Assembly (NCBI GenBank): GCA_021399395.1
Contig: JAAFKJ010000047.1
Location: 657-64,656 of the forward strand
Reading direction: 5' to 3'
Source of the DNA: Candidatus Heimdallarchaeota archaeon
Lineage (GTDB): Archaea > Asgardarchaeota > Heimdallarchaeia > Heimdallarchaeales > Heimdallarchaeaceae
Length of the DNA: 64,000 nt
The notes under the pieces are model-generated. The model did not search any database and was not told the origin of the DNA. It was given only the letters and a program-made list of their open reading frames with translations. A program made the translations under genes and the position numbers. This document shows, piece after piece, positions 56,445 to 64,000 of the stretch; positions within the stretch are counted from its first letter, which is position 1, and each line of letters starts with the position of its first letter.

Positions 56445-57452
56445 TCAACTATGAAATGAAGAGAAATGTTCATATCCACCTTTTGGAATTTCGCATTCTC
56501 TGTATTCTTCATCAGTAATCTTAATTCCTTCAAATTTATCTGAAAAACTACCAATTCTTTGCAATTCCAAATTTTGTTTCTGAGCCTCCTTAATGAGTTG
56601 ATGTTCCTTATCTGGTGATATTGCGAAAACAAGTTCAAACTCTTCTCCACCACTAAAAACCAACTCCAAAGGATTTTGTTTCCACTCTTTTGCATAGTCT
56701 GAGACATTAGGATGGATTGGTAATTTTGAAATCTCAATACCCATTCCATTTAATTTAGATAAATCATTTAAAGTTATAAACAACCCATCAGAACTATCCA
56801 TACATATTTTCACTTGTATTTTTTGAAATAATGATAGGTATTGGATTTTTGCTTTAGGATTATAAACAGATTCAAGTGCAAGGTGTTTCAATTCATCATT
56901 AAGATTTATGTTTCCTAAAAGAAATTGAAAACCAAGTGAAGTTAATCCAAAATATCCTGTTGTATAAAGAATATCTCCTACTTCAGCTCCCACTCTCGGA
57001 ATCAGTGATTCTTTGGAACACGTACCAAATGAAATTGCATCTACAATGATATCAATACCCTCGTTAAGGTCTCCACCTAAGTATTGAATATTATATTCAG
57101 AGCATTGATCTTTAATTCCTTCAATTATCTTTTTTGCAGACTCAACTTCTAAATCCTCTGGAAAAGCCACACTTGCCAAACAACCAAGTGGATTTACGCC
57201 TTTTGCGACTATATCGCTTACTGACATGGTAACTGCCTTCCTACCAATCTGATTATAGGTCATACCAGGTAGAACATCGGTCTGCTTGACTAGCATGTCT
57301 GCATTTATTACCAGAATAGTATCTTCAGACAATTGTATAGCAGAAGCATCATCATTAAAACCTAACACTGGATTAGAAACGAGATTTGCAATTTCAAGTA
57401 AGAATTGTCTTTCTCCTATATCACTCATAACTCTTTTTGGTTTCCTGTTCAT
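56445..57452 (-). CDS. thiL: Thiamine-monophosphate kinase (AIR-synthase-related fold)
   Basis: Contains DIGERQFL, GFNDDASAI and NADMLV, then DSSDGL. An alternative start is ATG 57428. Confidence 0.8.
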   Translation of the reverse strand: MNRKPKRVMSDIGERQFLLEIANLVSNPVLGFNDDASAIQLSEDTILVINADMLVKQTDVLPGMTYNQIGRKAVTMSVSDIVAKGVNPLGCLASVAFPEDLEVESAKKIIEGIKDQCSEYNIQYLGGDLNEGIDIIVDAISFGTCSKESLIPRVGAEVGDILYTTGYFGLTSLGFQFLLGNINLNDELKHLALESVYNPKAKIQYLSLFQKIQVKICMDSSDGLFITLNDLSKLNGMGIEISKLPIHPNVSDYAKEWKQNPLELVFSGGEEFELVFAISPDKEHQLIKEAQKQNLELQRIGSFSDKFEGIKITDEEYRECEIPKGGYEHFSSFHS

Positions 57453-57536
57453 GATCTTTCTCTAAGAAGAATATTACTTTGTATTTCAAAAGAATTTCTA
57501 AAAGAATTAAAAGAAGAAAGAAATATGGGATTATCG

Positions 57537-58376
57537 TCAAGCAGCTGGGAGTAATCCTGCAAAATAGAAGAAATAAACGAATAATGCAATAGGTACGGCA
57601 ATAGCAACAAATGCATTTACCCAAGCCATTTTTCCTATTGTTCTTAATGCAATTGATGAGTATACTATGAAAGCCAACCACAATAATAACATTATAACTC
57701 TGTAAATCCACATACCTACTCCATTACTTACAGTAGCCATATGATTAGAAAAATCTGAAAACGTATAGCTTGTACCAGCCTCCAAATTATCTATGAACAG
57801 CATAAAAAGTATCCCAAGTAATTCCCCAGCAGTAATAGCACCTAGCGAATAACCTATGATAGAACGGAATTGCTTTGTTGTTGCATCTGATCCTAACATT
57901 GCTGCAAATTTTGCCATAAACCAAGTTGTAATGAAGATGAAAACCTTGAACATAAGCCAAATCACTAAAGGCATCAGCAATAGCGCAACAAAGAAAACTA
58001 GTAGATTAATCGGTATTATCATTGACCATTTGTCAGGTTCTGGATTAGCGGGTATCTGAATAATGGTATCAAAACCTATTCCAAACTTCATCAAAACTAC
58101 AAAGAATCTTAGAGAGAGAAACAACGACAATAATAATAGAATGATATTTGCACCTTTTGTCTCTGTTGCTACAGCTATTTCTTCACTTGTTCTGAATGGG
58201 TGACGGAAGAAATTGTACAACCTGATAAAAACTTCTTTTAATGAAGGTTTAAATGAGAATTTTCTAAGCTCATATTCTAAAAGTCCAAATCCGCAAAACG
58301 GACAAACAGAATATTCTAAGGGGACAGTCTCAGAACAGCTTGGGCATTTTTGTGTGCTTTCACTCATGATTCTCAA
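57537..58376 (-). CDS. Zinc-ribbon plus Yip1-like multi-pass membrane protein
   Basis: Has an N-terminal CPSCSETVPLEYSVCPFCG followed by 5 hydrophobic segments with a Yip1/DUF1282-like layout. Confidence 0.5.
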   Translation of the reverse strand: MRIMSESTQKCPSCSETVPLEYSVCPFCGFGLLEYELRKFSFKPSLKEVFIRLYNFFRHPFRTSEEIAVATETKGANIILLLLSLFLSLRFFVVLMKFGIGFDTIIQIPANPEPDKWSMIIPINLLVFFVALLLMPLVIWLMFKVFIFITTWFMAKFAAMLGSDATTKQFRSIIGYSLGAITAGELLGILFMLFIDNLEAGTSYTFSDFSNHMATVSNGVGMWIYRVIMLLLWLAFIVYSSIALRTIGKMAWVNAFVAIAVPIALFVYFFYFAGLLPAA

Positions 58377-58463
58377 TTCTTTATATTGATTTATATTTAA
58401 TATCTCTTGTGGCTAGTTAATGAAAACTTTTGTGTTAAATGTAATGGGGAAAAAAGATGGTTG

Positions 58464-59222
58464 TCACTTACTTTTTCTCTTCAGCATAGAAAGAGCTGGA
58501 AGTGAAATGATGGATAAGAGCAATATAAACATACTAACTGTTACAGTTTCAGTGTAAGGAGTTTCAGTGTAAGGATTTATTTCTAAGTTGGCAATATCTA
58601 GGGAGATTTCCAACTCGTATAAACCAAATGAAGTAAATGCTTTGAGCAGAACACCACTACTTTTGTGATAATAGAAACTAGAATATTGTCCATAGTAATT
58701 ACTTGTATTAAAATGAATGACTGAGTAGGAATTTTGCATTCCAGCAATTGTAAGATTATAACTTTCAATTTGAGTGACAGTGGTATTAGTGTCAACAACA
58801 GATGAAAGAATATTATCCCAGTCTGTTGAGTTAGCAAGAAATCCCCCACTCCATGGGTAGATCCCTAATCCTAATCCAAAAGCAGTATCTACATTTCGAA
58901 CATCATAAAATGTTACATTATCCAACTCATTTCCGAAGAATAGTGTTCCATTAGTTACTCCATCATGTACAGATGTAATATTGAAAATTATACTGTCGTC
59001 TGCGACAACTGACCATGCACCGTAGTATGTGCCTGGAGGAAAAGTACCATAGAAATCATTTACTGTATCACTTGCCGATACAACTTTGTAGGATAACCAA
59101 TCTCCTGAACTCACCCCTACATTTGCTGAGACAGAGTAGTTGCTAAGGAAGATCACAAAGAGATAAGTAATTACAAGAATAAGGGGGCTCAACTTTCTCA
59201 TATTATATTTCTTTTGTGTCAA
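58464..59222 (-). CDS. Secreted N-glycosylation-rich protein with C-terminal TM anchor and basic tail
   Basis: Has a signal-peptide-like N-terminus and multiple N-x-S/T sequons. The C-terminus is PYTETPYTETVTVSMFILLLSIISLPALSMLKRKSK. Confidence 0.5.
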   Translation of the reverse strand: MTQKKYNMRKLSPLILVITYLFVIFLSNYSVSANVGVSSGDWLSYKVVSASDTVNDFYGTFPPGTYYGAWSVVADDSIIFNITSVHDGVTNGTLFFGNELDNVTFYDVRNVDTAFGLGLGIYPWSGGFLANSTDWDNILSSVVDTNTTVTQIESYNLTIAGMQNSYSVIHFNTSNYYGQYSSFYYHKSSGVLLKAFTSFGLYELEISLDIANLEINPYTETPYTETVTVSMFILLLSIISLPALSMLKRKSK

Positions 59223-59243
59223 AATGCATCACTTTATGGATTG

Positions 59244-59339
59244 TGGCGGACCAGGCAGGATTCGAACCTGCGACCTTCTCCTGTCTTCAGTTATAAACTT
59301 CCGAAGGGAGACGCCTTATCCATGCTAGACTACTGGCCC
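59244..59339 (-). tRNA. tRNA-Arg (anticodon TCG) with an 18-nt intron at 37/38 and encoded CCA
   Basis: The minus strand reads GGGCCAG-TA-GTCT-AGCATGGATA-AGGC-G-TCTCC-CTTCGG[intron 59300..59283]A-GGAGA-AGGTC-GCAGG-TTCGAAT-CCTGC-CTGGTCC-G-CCA. Confidence 0.85.
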
Positions 59340-59431
59340 ATTCTGTTATCTTGTTTTTCTTTTTGTTTTTATTTCTTCTGATGAGAGCTTAATGATGTAT
59401 AAAATAGAAAAGTAAAATGAGAAAAGGTTGT

Positions 59432-60676
59432 TTATCTTGGTAGACCATTTTCCATCCAAGAGTTTAGAAGTCTTTCAAATTCCTTCTTCTTCTTTATAGA
59501 TTGTGTCTGATATGAGTATATCTGAGACATCGCCAATCCACCTAATTCAACATAAGCTTCATCCATATCACAAATAGCTGAAATTCTTGCTTTCCAATTC
59601 TCGTCTGAATCAGCTTGTTGACCATAAGAAATGAACAATTTTAGTATCTTTTCAATTTTTGGAGACACAATGCTATCATCTGTTGATGGTTTTGCTCTAG
59701 TATCAACTTTTGTAGGTTTTGCCTTAGGTCTATGTTCTGTTTGGTCACGTGGTTCAGTTTTTGGAACAGGTGTTGGTTCAGGTTTTGATTCTGTTGGAGG
59801 TCGCGATTCTGGTTTTGTTTCTGGTTGTGATGTAGATACAGTTTTCTCCATTTCCTCAGGTTCAGCGAAGATATTCTCTTTTATCATTGGTTTTGCTGAA
59901 CTAGAATTTGCTGGAGTAGGAGACGATTCTTGTTTAACTGTTGCGGGGGTGCTGATACGGGATGCAGTAGATGGCGTTTCTACTATTTTTGGTGCTTTAC
60001 TGAACTTTATCTGCTCTGGAGATATAGTGTCAGAAGAGTTTTGAGCAGATATAGGTGCAGATTGTTGAGAAGCTGCAAGTAGTTCCTTAGGTACTGAGAA
60101 GTTGGTATCTTGAGGGATTTGTCTTGCTGAAATCACAGCATCTAAGCTTCTATGTATTGAATCTATCATTGAATTAAGAGAGGGGGTTTCAGAACTTATT
60201 CCTAATATTCTGTCCTTGAGAGTTTGACATCCTGCAGTCATGACTTCTATCTTTTTCTTTAGATCTTGGTTCTCTTCGGCAAGAGCTTCTTCTCCCTGGA
60301 CAGCTTCAGTTTCGATTGATTCAATAGAACCCATTAAAGCATGCATTTGCATTTTTAGTTCTTCTCTTTCTGCATTGAATAAATCTTGTTGTAATCTTGT
60401 ATCCTCAATTTCTTTGTCTAAATCAGATTTTTCTTTTTGTAAATCCTCTACTAGTTTAGAAAGATGATCAAGTTCTGTAGTAAGTTCTCTAACTTTCTCA
60501 TCAGATTGTGTTTGAGACATTTTTTCTTGTAATTTTTCAAAAAGTTTTATTCTTCTCATTGCCAATTGAGGAGAGATACCTTCTTTTTGCATGAAATTTA
60601 AAATATACTCTAAATCGTGAGATTGAATATTGTACTTCTTGAGAAGTTCATCTATAGAACCTATATTTTCTGACAT
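59432..60676 (-). CDS. Coiled-coil protein with Pro/Thr/Ser/Lys-rich disordered linker and C-terminal globular domain
   Basis: 414-aa ORF. The order is an N-terminal helical domain, heptad-like region (aa ~60-150), a low-complexity region (PETKPESRPPTESKPEPTPVPKTEPR) and a conserved-looking C-terminal ~80 aa. Confidence 0.5.
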   Translation of the reverse strand: MSENIGSIDELLKKYNIQSHDLEYILNFMQKEGISPQLAMRRIKLFEKLQEKMSQTQSDEKVRELTTELDHLSKLVEDLQKEKSDLDKEIEDTRLQQDLFNAEREELKMQMHALMGSIESIETEAVQGEEALAEENQDLKKKIEVMTAGCQTLKDRILGISSETPSLNSMIDSIHRSLDAVISARQIPQDTNFSVPKELLAASQQSAPISAQNSSDTISPEQIKFSKAPKIVETPSTASRISTPATVKQESSPTPANSSSAKPMIKENIFAEPEEMEKTVSTSQPETKPESRPPTESKPEPTPVPKTEPRDQTEHRPKAKPTKVDTRAKPSTDDSIVSPKIEKILKLFISYGQQADSDENWKARISAICDMDEAYVELGGLAMSQIYSYQTQSIKKKKEFERLLNSWMENGLPR

Positions 60677-60781
60677 AACCCTCAGTAGTTTATAGTAGAA
60701 ATTAATTTAATAAAGTTTAGTTGCTGGCTTTAAAAGGAAACGTTTTTTATTTAGCAAGTCACACTTTACCAAGGTGCTTAC

Positions 60782-61843
60782 ATGGTACAGTTAAGAGGAC
60801 TAATGGTAAACAGATTGATAGTTTTACTGCAAATATTCATTTTTCCTGCATATTTCTATATCTGGATGTGGGTTGAACCCATGCGTTCAATGACTCTTGA
60901 TGGTTTCTTCTTTTGGGGAAGTAATCCCTGGACAGGAACACCAGAGCACATTATTCTAAGATGGGTAGCTCCTCTTATTTTTGCATTATCCTTTTCTTTA
61001 GCTTCGGCAATTAAAGCTACTAGGATAGCTAATTCATATGACCTAATGTGGAGAGCACTGGGAAAAGTAAGGATTGACACCAAAATCTTCTATATGGTAA
61101 ATGCCATGTTTTGTTTGTTCTTCCTAATATTACCATTTGCTGGTCCATTGATTGCAGTATTTGGAGCCTTCTTTGCAGTTAAGTTAATACTTTATGCTTT
61201 TGGTGTGAAGAAAAACGTACCAGCTATACTTATCGTTATTCCTGGATTATTTCTAGCTGCGATACCATTAATAATCACAATTGCATTTTTTGCCGAATAT
61301 AATTTACTTCTAGGTCCAATATGGGAGATTTGGGCTAATTACTCACCTGTCTTTTACGGTATTGTCTTATGTCTTGCATGTGCGATAGCGGTTGGTAATT
61401 TCTTTGTTTTCCTTCGAGAAGGAGCATCTCAGGTATCCTATAAGAAGGAAGTAGGGGAGAGAATTGGGATCCTAATCAAAATTGTACTCTTTGCAGTTTT
61501 TCTAGTCTTGTATCTCTTTGTTGATAATAGTACTAGCGCCCCTATAACTAGTTGGACAACAACAGGCATAGCAATGTTTGTGATAAATATAGTTGCAGTT
61601 TCACTAAGTGTTTTCGAAACCATCATTAGATGGAGAAAGAAAACACCAAAAGGTGGCAGTACAGGAGGAGCCGCAGGAACATTAATGGTGCCAATATTCA
61701 TTGCCATGAATTTCTTCATTAAATTATTTGCACGACCTGATATCTTTGTTACCATCATAGTGGCACTCTCTGCTGTAATATTCTTTGGCTTATTCGTTGT
61801 AGCTTACAAATATGCTGAAGATGAGACTTTATTTGAGGAGTAA
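60782..61843 (+). CDS. Polytopic membrane protein (about 9-10 TM), unknown family
   Basis: 353-aa hydrophobic ORF with a Gly-rich loop (KGGSTGGAAG). Confidence 0.5.
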   Translation: MVQLRGLMVNRLIVLLQIFIFPAYFYIWMWVEPMRSMTLDGFFFWGSNPWTGTPEHIILRWVAPLIFALSFSLASAIKATRIANSYDLMWRALGKVRIDTKIFYMVNAMFCLFFLILPFAGPLIAVFGAFFAVKLILYAFGVKKNVPAILIVIPGLFLAAIPLIITIAFFAEYNLLLGPIWEIWANYSPVFYGIVLCLACAIAVGNFFVFLREGASQVSYKKEVGERIGILIKIVLFAVFLVLYLFVDNSTSAPITSWTTTGIAMFVINIVAVSLSVFETIIRWRKKTPKGGSTGGAAGTLMVPIFIAMNFFIKLFARPDIFVTIIVALSAVIFFGLFVVAYKYAEDETLFEE

Positions 61844-61949
61844 TCAACCATCAAATTTATGTTAAGAATCAAAATCAATTCCTAACCAAAATTTTTATAT
61901 GCCAACTTATGAAGTCCTTAACAAATTCTCCACCCATGAGAGGATTACA

Positions 61950-62582
61950 ATGAACAAAGAGCAAACTAATCCCGAAATTACAAAGAAGATTGAAGAAAAT
62001 ACTGAGAAGCTTATCAAAGAGATAGTTGCAGACCAGAAAAAATCTATCAACGAAATAAAAAAGGAAACTGCTACTAAAATGGATGGTGTTAAGGCAAAAT
62101 TAGTTGAAACTGCTAAAACTAGAGCTGATTCAGATTTCATGAAAGAAAAAGCAAAACATGAATTAGACCTCAAGTTACAAATCACTAAATATCGTGATGA
62201 ACTTGTCGAAAACTTCATTGTGAAAGCTCAAAAGAAAATAGCTACAGTAATTGGATCGGCAGAGTATGAAAAAAGCTTAGAAAATCTAGCAGTAGAAGCG
62301 GTTATTACTCTTAAACAACCAGAAATTGTTGTTTTATGCAGAGAGGAAGATAAAAAGATTTTTACAAGCCAATTCTTTGATAAGATTTCGAAACAGCTGA
62401 AAGAGCACAATCTAGATACAAAATTGAGTCTTGCAAAGGACCATATTAAAAGCATGGGTGGTATAAAGATAGTAACAACTGATAGAAAAATCAGCATTGA
62501 CAATACTTATGAAAAGAGAATAGAAAGGTCATTAAGAAACCTGAAAAGGGAACTTTCGTTACTACTCAAAGAAGAAGGATGA
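61950..62582 (+). CDS. A/V-type ATP synthase subunit E-like protein (orphan, outside any atp operon in this window)
   Basis: Has a long N-terminal charged helix and a C-terminal globular domain with SMGGIKIVTTDRKISIDNTYEKRIE, resembling the AtpE GGv.v...dg.i..dnt.e.rl pattern. ATG 61950 is preceded by GAGAGG. Confidence 0.55.
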   Translation: MNKEQTNPEITKKIEENTEKLIKEIVADQKKSINEIKKETATKMDGVKAKLVETAKTRADSDFMKEKAKHELDLKLQITKYRDELVENFIVKAQKKIATVIGSAEYEKSLENLAVEAVITLKQPEIVVLCREEDKKIFTSQFFDKISKQLKEHNLDTKLSLAKDHIKSMGGIKIVTTDRKISIDNTYEKRIERSLRNLKRELSLLLKEEG

Positions 62583-63184
62583 TTTCCATGAACAAAAAAC
62601 ATTTGATAAAAGCAAGTACCTTTTTGATATTTCTAACACTTGCACTAAATCCCGTTACAAGTTTAACTCAAGCTCAATCAGGTGAATATATCGCTGCCTT
62701 TAATGGTAGAATGTCAGATACCCAAATCGTTCGAAACCAAGTAATTAGCATTTATGCAACTATTGTTAATTTTGGAGATCTAACCATAAAGGTTCAGTCA
62801 TTAAAAGTAGATTTCGTTCATCTTGGAGGAAACATTAGACTCAACAGCACTTATACACAAAATTTCGATGTAGATCATTATAAACTTGAACCAGGAGCAA
62901 GTCTGACAGGAACCATCCGTACTGAAATCACTAATGCAGAAGCAGATTATAATGTAACCATCTATTTCTGGGCAGTTGATGAATATCATCCTCATCCTGA
63001 GATTGGAGCTTTTGGGAAAAAGTATATAGCTGCTGAAAATATCACAGTTTCAATAGTTGATTATGGTGGTCCTTCTAACGTCATTATAGGGATTGGTATA
63101 GCATTTGCTGTAGCAGTCGTAGGAGTAATTGTTTTCATCCTATATGGTTGGATTAGAGACAAACTCAAAAAGAGGAAGTATTAG
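62579..63184 (+). CDS. Secreted beta-rich protein with C-terminal TM anchor and basic tail
   Basis: The ATG overlaps the upstream stop (ATGA). It has a signal-like N-terminus. The C-terminus is GGPSNVIIGIGIAFAVAVVGVIVFILYGWIRDKLKKRKY. Confidence 0.5.
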   Translation: MISMNKKHLIKASTFLIFLTLALNPVTSLTQAQSGEYIAAFNGRMSDTQIVRNQVISIYATIVNFGDLTIKVQSLKVDFVHLGGNIRLNSTYTQNFDVDHYKLEPGASLTGTIRTEITNAEADYNVTIYFWAVDEYHPHPEIGAFGKKYIAAENITVSIVDYGGPSNVIIGIGIAFAVAVVGVIVFILYGWIRDKLKKRKY

Positions 63185-63193
63185 AGTAAAACT

Positions 63194-63670
63194 CTAAATC
63201 AGGCGTATGAGCCACCCTTTTGGATGGTAAACCATCCCTTCATTTTTCATTCTCTTAATAATCTGTTCCATCTTTTTCAAGTTAATGTCAAAAAATTTGC
63301 AATGTCTTACTAATTCATCAAATGTCTCTGTGCTATTCTTTCTAAGAAGAAGTAGTATCGTATCTGGTAGAGAAGCAGCTGGCATATCCAAAAAACTTGA
63401 TGAAAGATTCTCATGACGTTCAATAATAAGGGAAATTTGTTCTGTATGCTTGTCTGCGAGAAGAAAGAATTTTTCTGCTAATTCTGCTGATAAAGTATTT
63501 GATTGCATGAATTCTAAGCAGCCATCGTCATTTTTATCCTCACACAATATTGATTCGCCCAAATCATATGTTATCAGAGTTGAACATCTCTTACATAGTC
63601 GGTATTGAAATTCACTTGGAATTTCATTTATAGTCTCACAATGACTACATCGAAAGACTATTTTCATCAT
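63194..63670 (-). CDS. Zinc-ribbon plus C-terminal winged-helix-like protein
   Basis: Has an N-terminal CSHCETINEIPSEFQYRLCKRCS and a C-terminal helical/wing segment (IIKRMKNEGMVYHPKGWLIRLI). Its ATG overlaps the TrmI stop (ATGA). Confidence 0.5.
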   Translation of the reverse strand: MMKIVFRCSHCETINEIPSEFQYRLCKRCSTLITYDLGESILCEDKNDDGCLEFMQSNTLSAELAEKFFLLADKHTEQISLIIERHENLSSSFLDMPAASLPDTILLLLRKNSTETFDELVRHCKFFDINLKKMEQIIKRMKNEGMVYHPKGWLIRLI

Positions 63671-64000
63671 TCGTTTTCCCCTAATAACTTACGTGCAAAT
63701 ATCAGAAATCCCGTATGCCCTATCATTCTCGTATTAGGTCTTATTGCATTTCTTTTTAGTTGTATTCCCCTAAGGATTAATTCAAGGGCTTCAATATCAC
63801 CAAAACTATATTCTTGGAGCTTTATGTAAACCCTTTCAACTTGATTATAGGTTGGCATGAATACGGTAAGAACTCCTCCTAGTTTCAGTGCAGCATATGC
63901 ATGTGGAATAATTTCACATGGATCTCCTAAATCTAAAACAACAGCATCAACTTTCTCTTCATCAAAGCCTTCTGAAACATCCTTAAGTTTGATAGTCACT
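63667..64000 (-). CDS. tRNA (adenine-N1)-methyltransferase TrmI/Trm61, C-terminal part (5' end outside window)
   Basis: The segment DAVVLDLGDPCEIIPHAYAALKLGGVLTVFMPTYNQVERV...RPNTRMIGHTGFLIFARK matches the TrmI/Gcd14 C-terminal half. Confidence 0.8.
   Translation of the reverse strand, partial: VTIKLKDVSEGFDEEKVDAVVLDLGDPCEIIPHAYAALKLGGVLTVFMPTYNQVERVYIKLQEYSFGDIEALELILRGIQLKRNAIRPNTRMIGHTGFLIFARKLLGENE

Noticed and set aside
56026-56454. 142-aa plus-strand ORF antisense to the enolase gene.
   Set aside because: Enolase motifs occupy the minus strand unambiguously, so this is an antisense artefact.
56441-57711. Alternative-frame minus-strand ORFs 56441-56749 (102 aa) and 57421-57711 (96 aa).
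   Set aside because: They overlap the ThiL and Yip1-like genes, which carry the recognisable motifs and hydrophobicity pattern.
59631-60044. 137-aa plus-strand Gly/Val/Ser-rich ORF, together with the 75-aa plus-strand ORF at 60240-60467.
   Set aside because: It is the mirror image of the Pro/Thr/Glu-rich disordered region of the minus-strand gene, and its compositional bias keeps it open.
1-64000. Search for CRISPR arrays, IS/transposase genes, integrases, long direct or inverted repeats and rRNA operons.
   Set aside because: By eye I saw no regularly spaced repeats, no transposase or integrase-like ORFs and no rRNA-like conserved blocks. A computational repeat search would be needed to exclude short or degenerate repeats.

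Overview
This is an AT-rich archaeal chromosomal segment, about one third G+C by eye, and it is densely coding. I call about 70 protein genes, two intron-containing tRNAs with encoded CCA ends (Trp-CCA and Arg-TCG), and one unassigned GC-rich structured-RNA candidate. I saw no rRNA, CRISPR array, transposase/IS element or prophage signature.

Archaeal identity rests on aIF1A, aIF2-beta, a RIO kinase, aCPSF1, sn-glycerol-1-phosphate dehydrogenase and tRNA introns at position 37/38. Several eukaryote-like proteins suggest an Asgard (Lokiarchaeia-like) genome, but this is inference, not proof. They are a ribophorin-I-like type-I membrane glycoprotein, a long Trm112, a Nop2-Nip7 gene pair, NMD3, a Tma20-like PUA protein and a Yip1-like protein. 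Bacterial-type MetK and MutS/MutL are also present.

Main blocks:
- **1-9.6 kb:** peptidases, acetyltransferases and a bactofilin-like beta-helix protein.
- **9.6-14.3 kb:** a divergent translation-initiation and ribosome-biogenesis supercluster.
- **16.9-32.3 kb:** a surface-glycan island (GT4 x3, GT2, deacetylase, LbH acyltransferase). It also holds an embedded polyamine module, an archaeosortase-like gene and the ribophorin-I-like gene.
- **33.7-38.2 kb:** mutS-mutL.
- **38.6-52 kb:** housekeeping genes (Trm112, MetK, G1P dehydrogenase, Nop2/Nip7, aCPSF1).
- **52.1-53.5 kb:** a second bactofilin-like gene, followed by a roughly 280-nt GC-rich structured-RNA candidate that I could not assign to RNase P, SRP or 5S RNA.
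- **53.5-64 kb:** carboxypeptidase, enolase, ThiL, secreted or anchored proteins, an orphan A/V-ATPase subunit-E-like gene inside a membrane-protein operon, and TrmI.

Several essential genes require non-AUG (TTG) starts preceded by GAGGT-type Shine-Dalgarno motifs.
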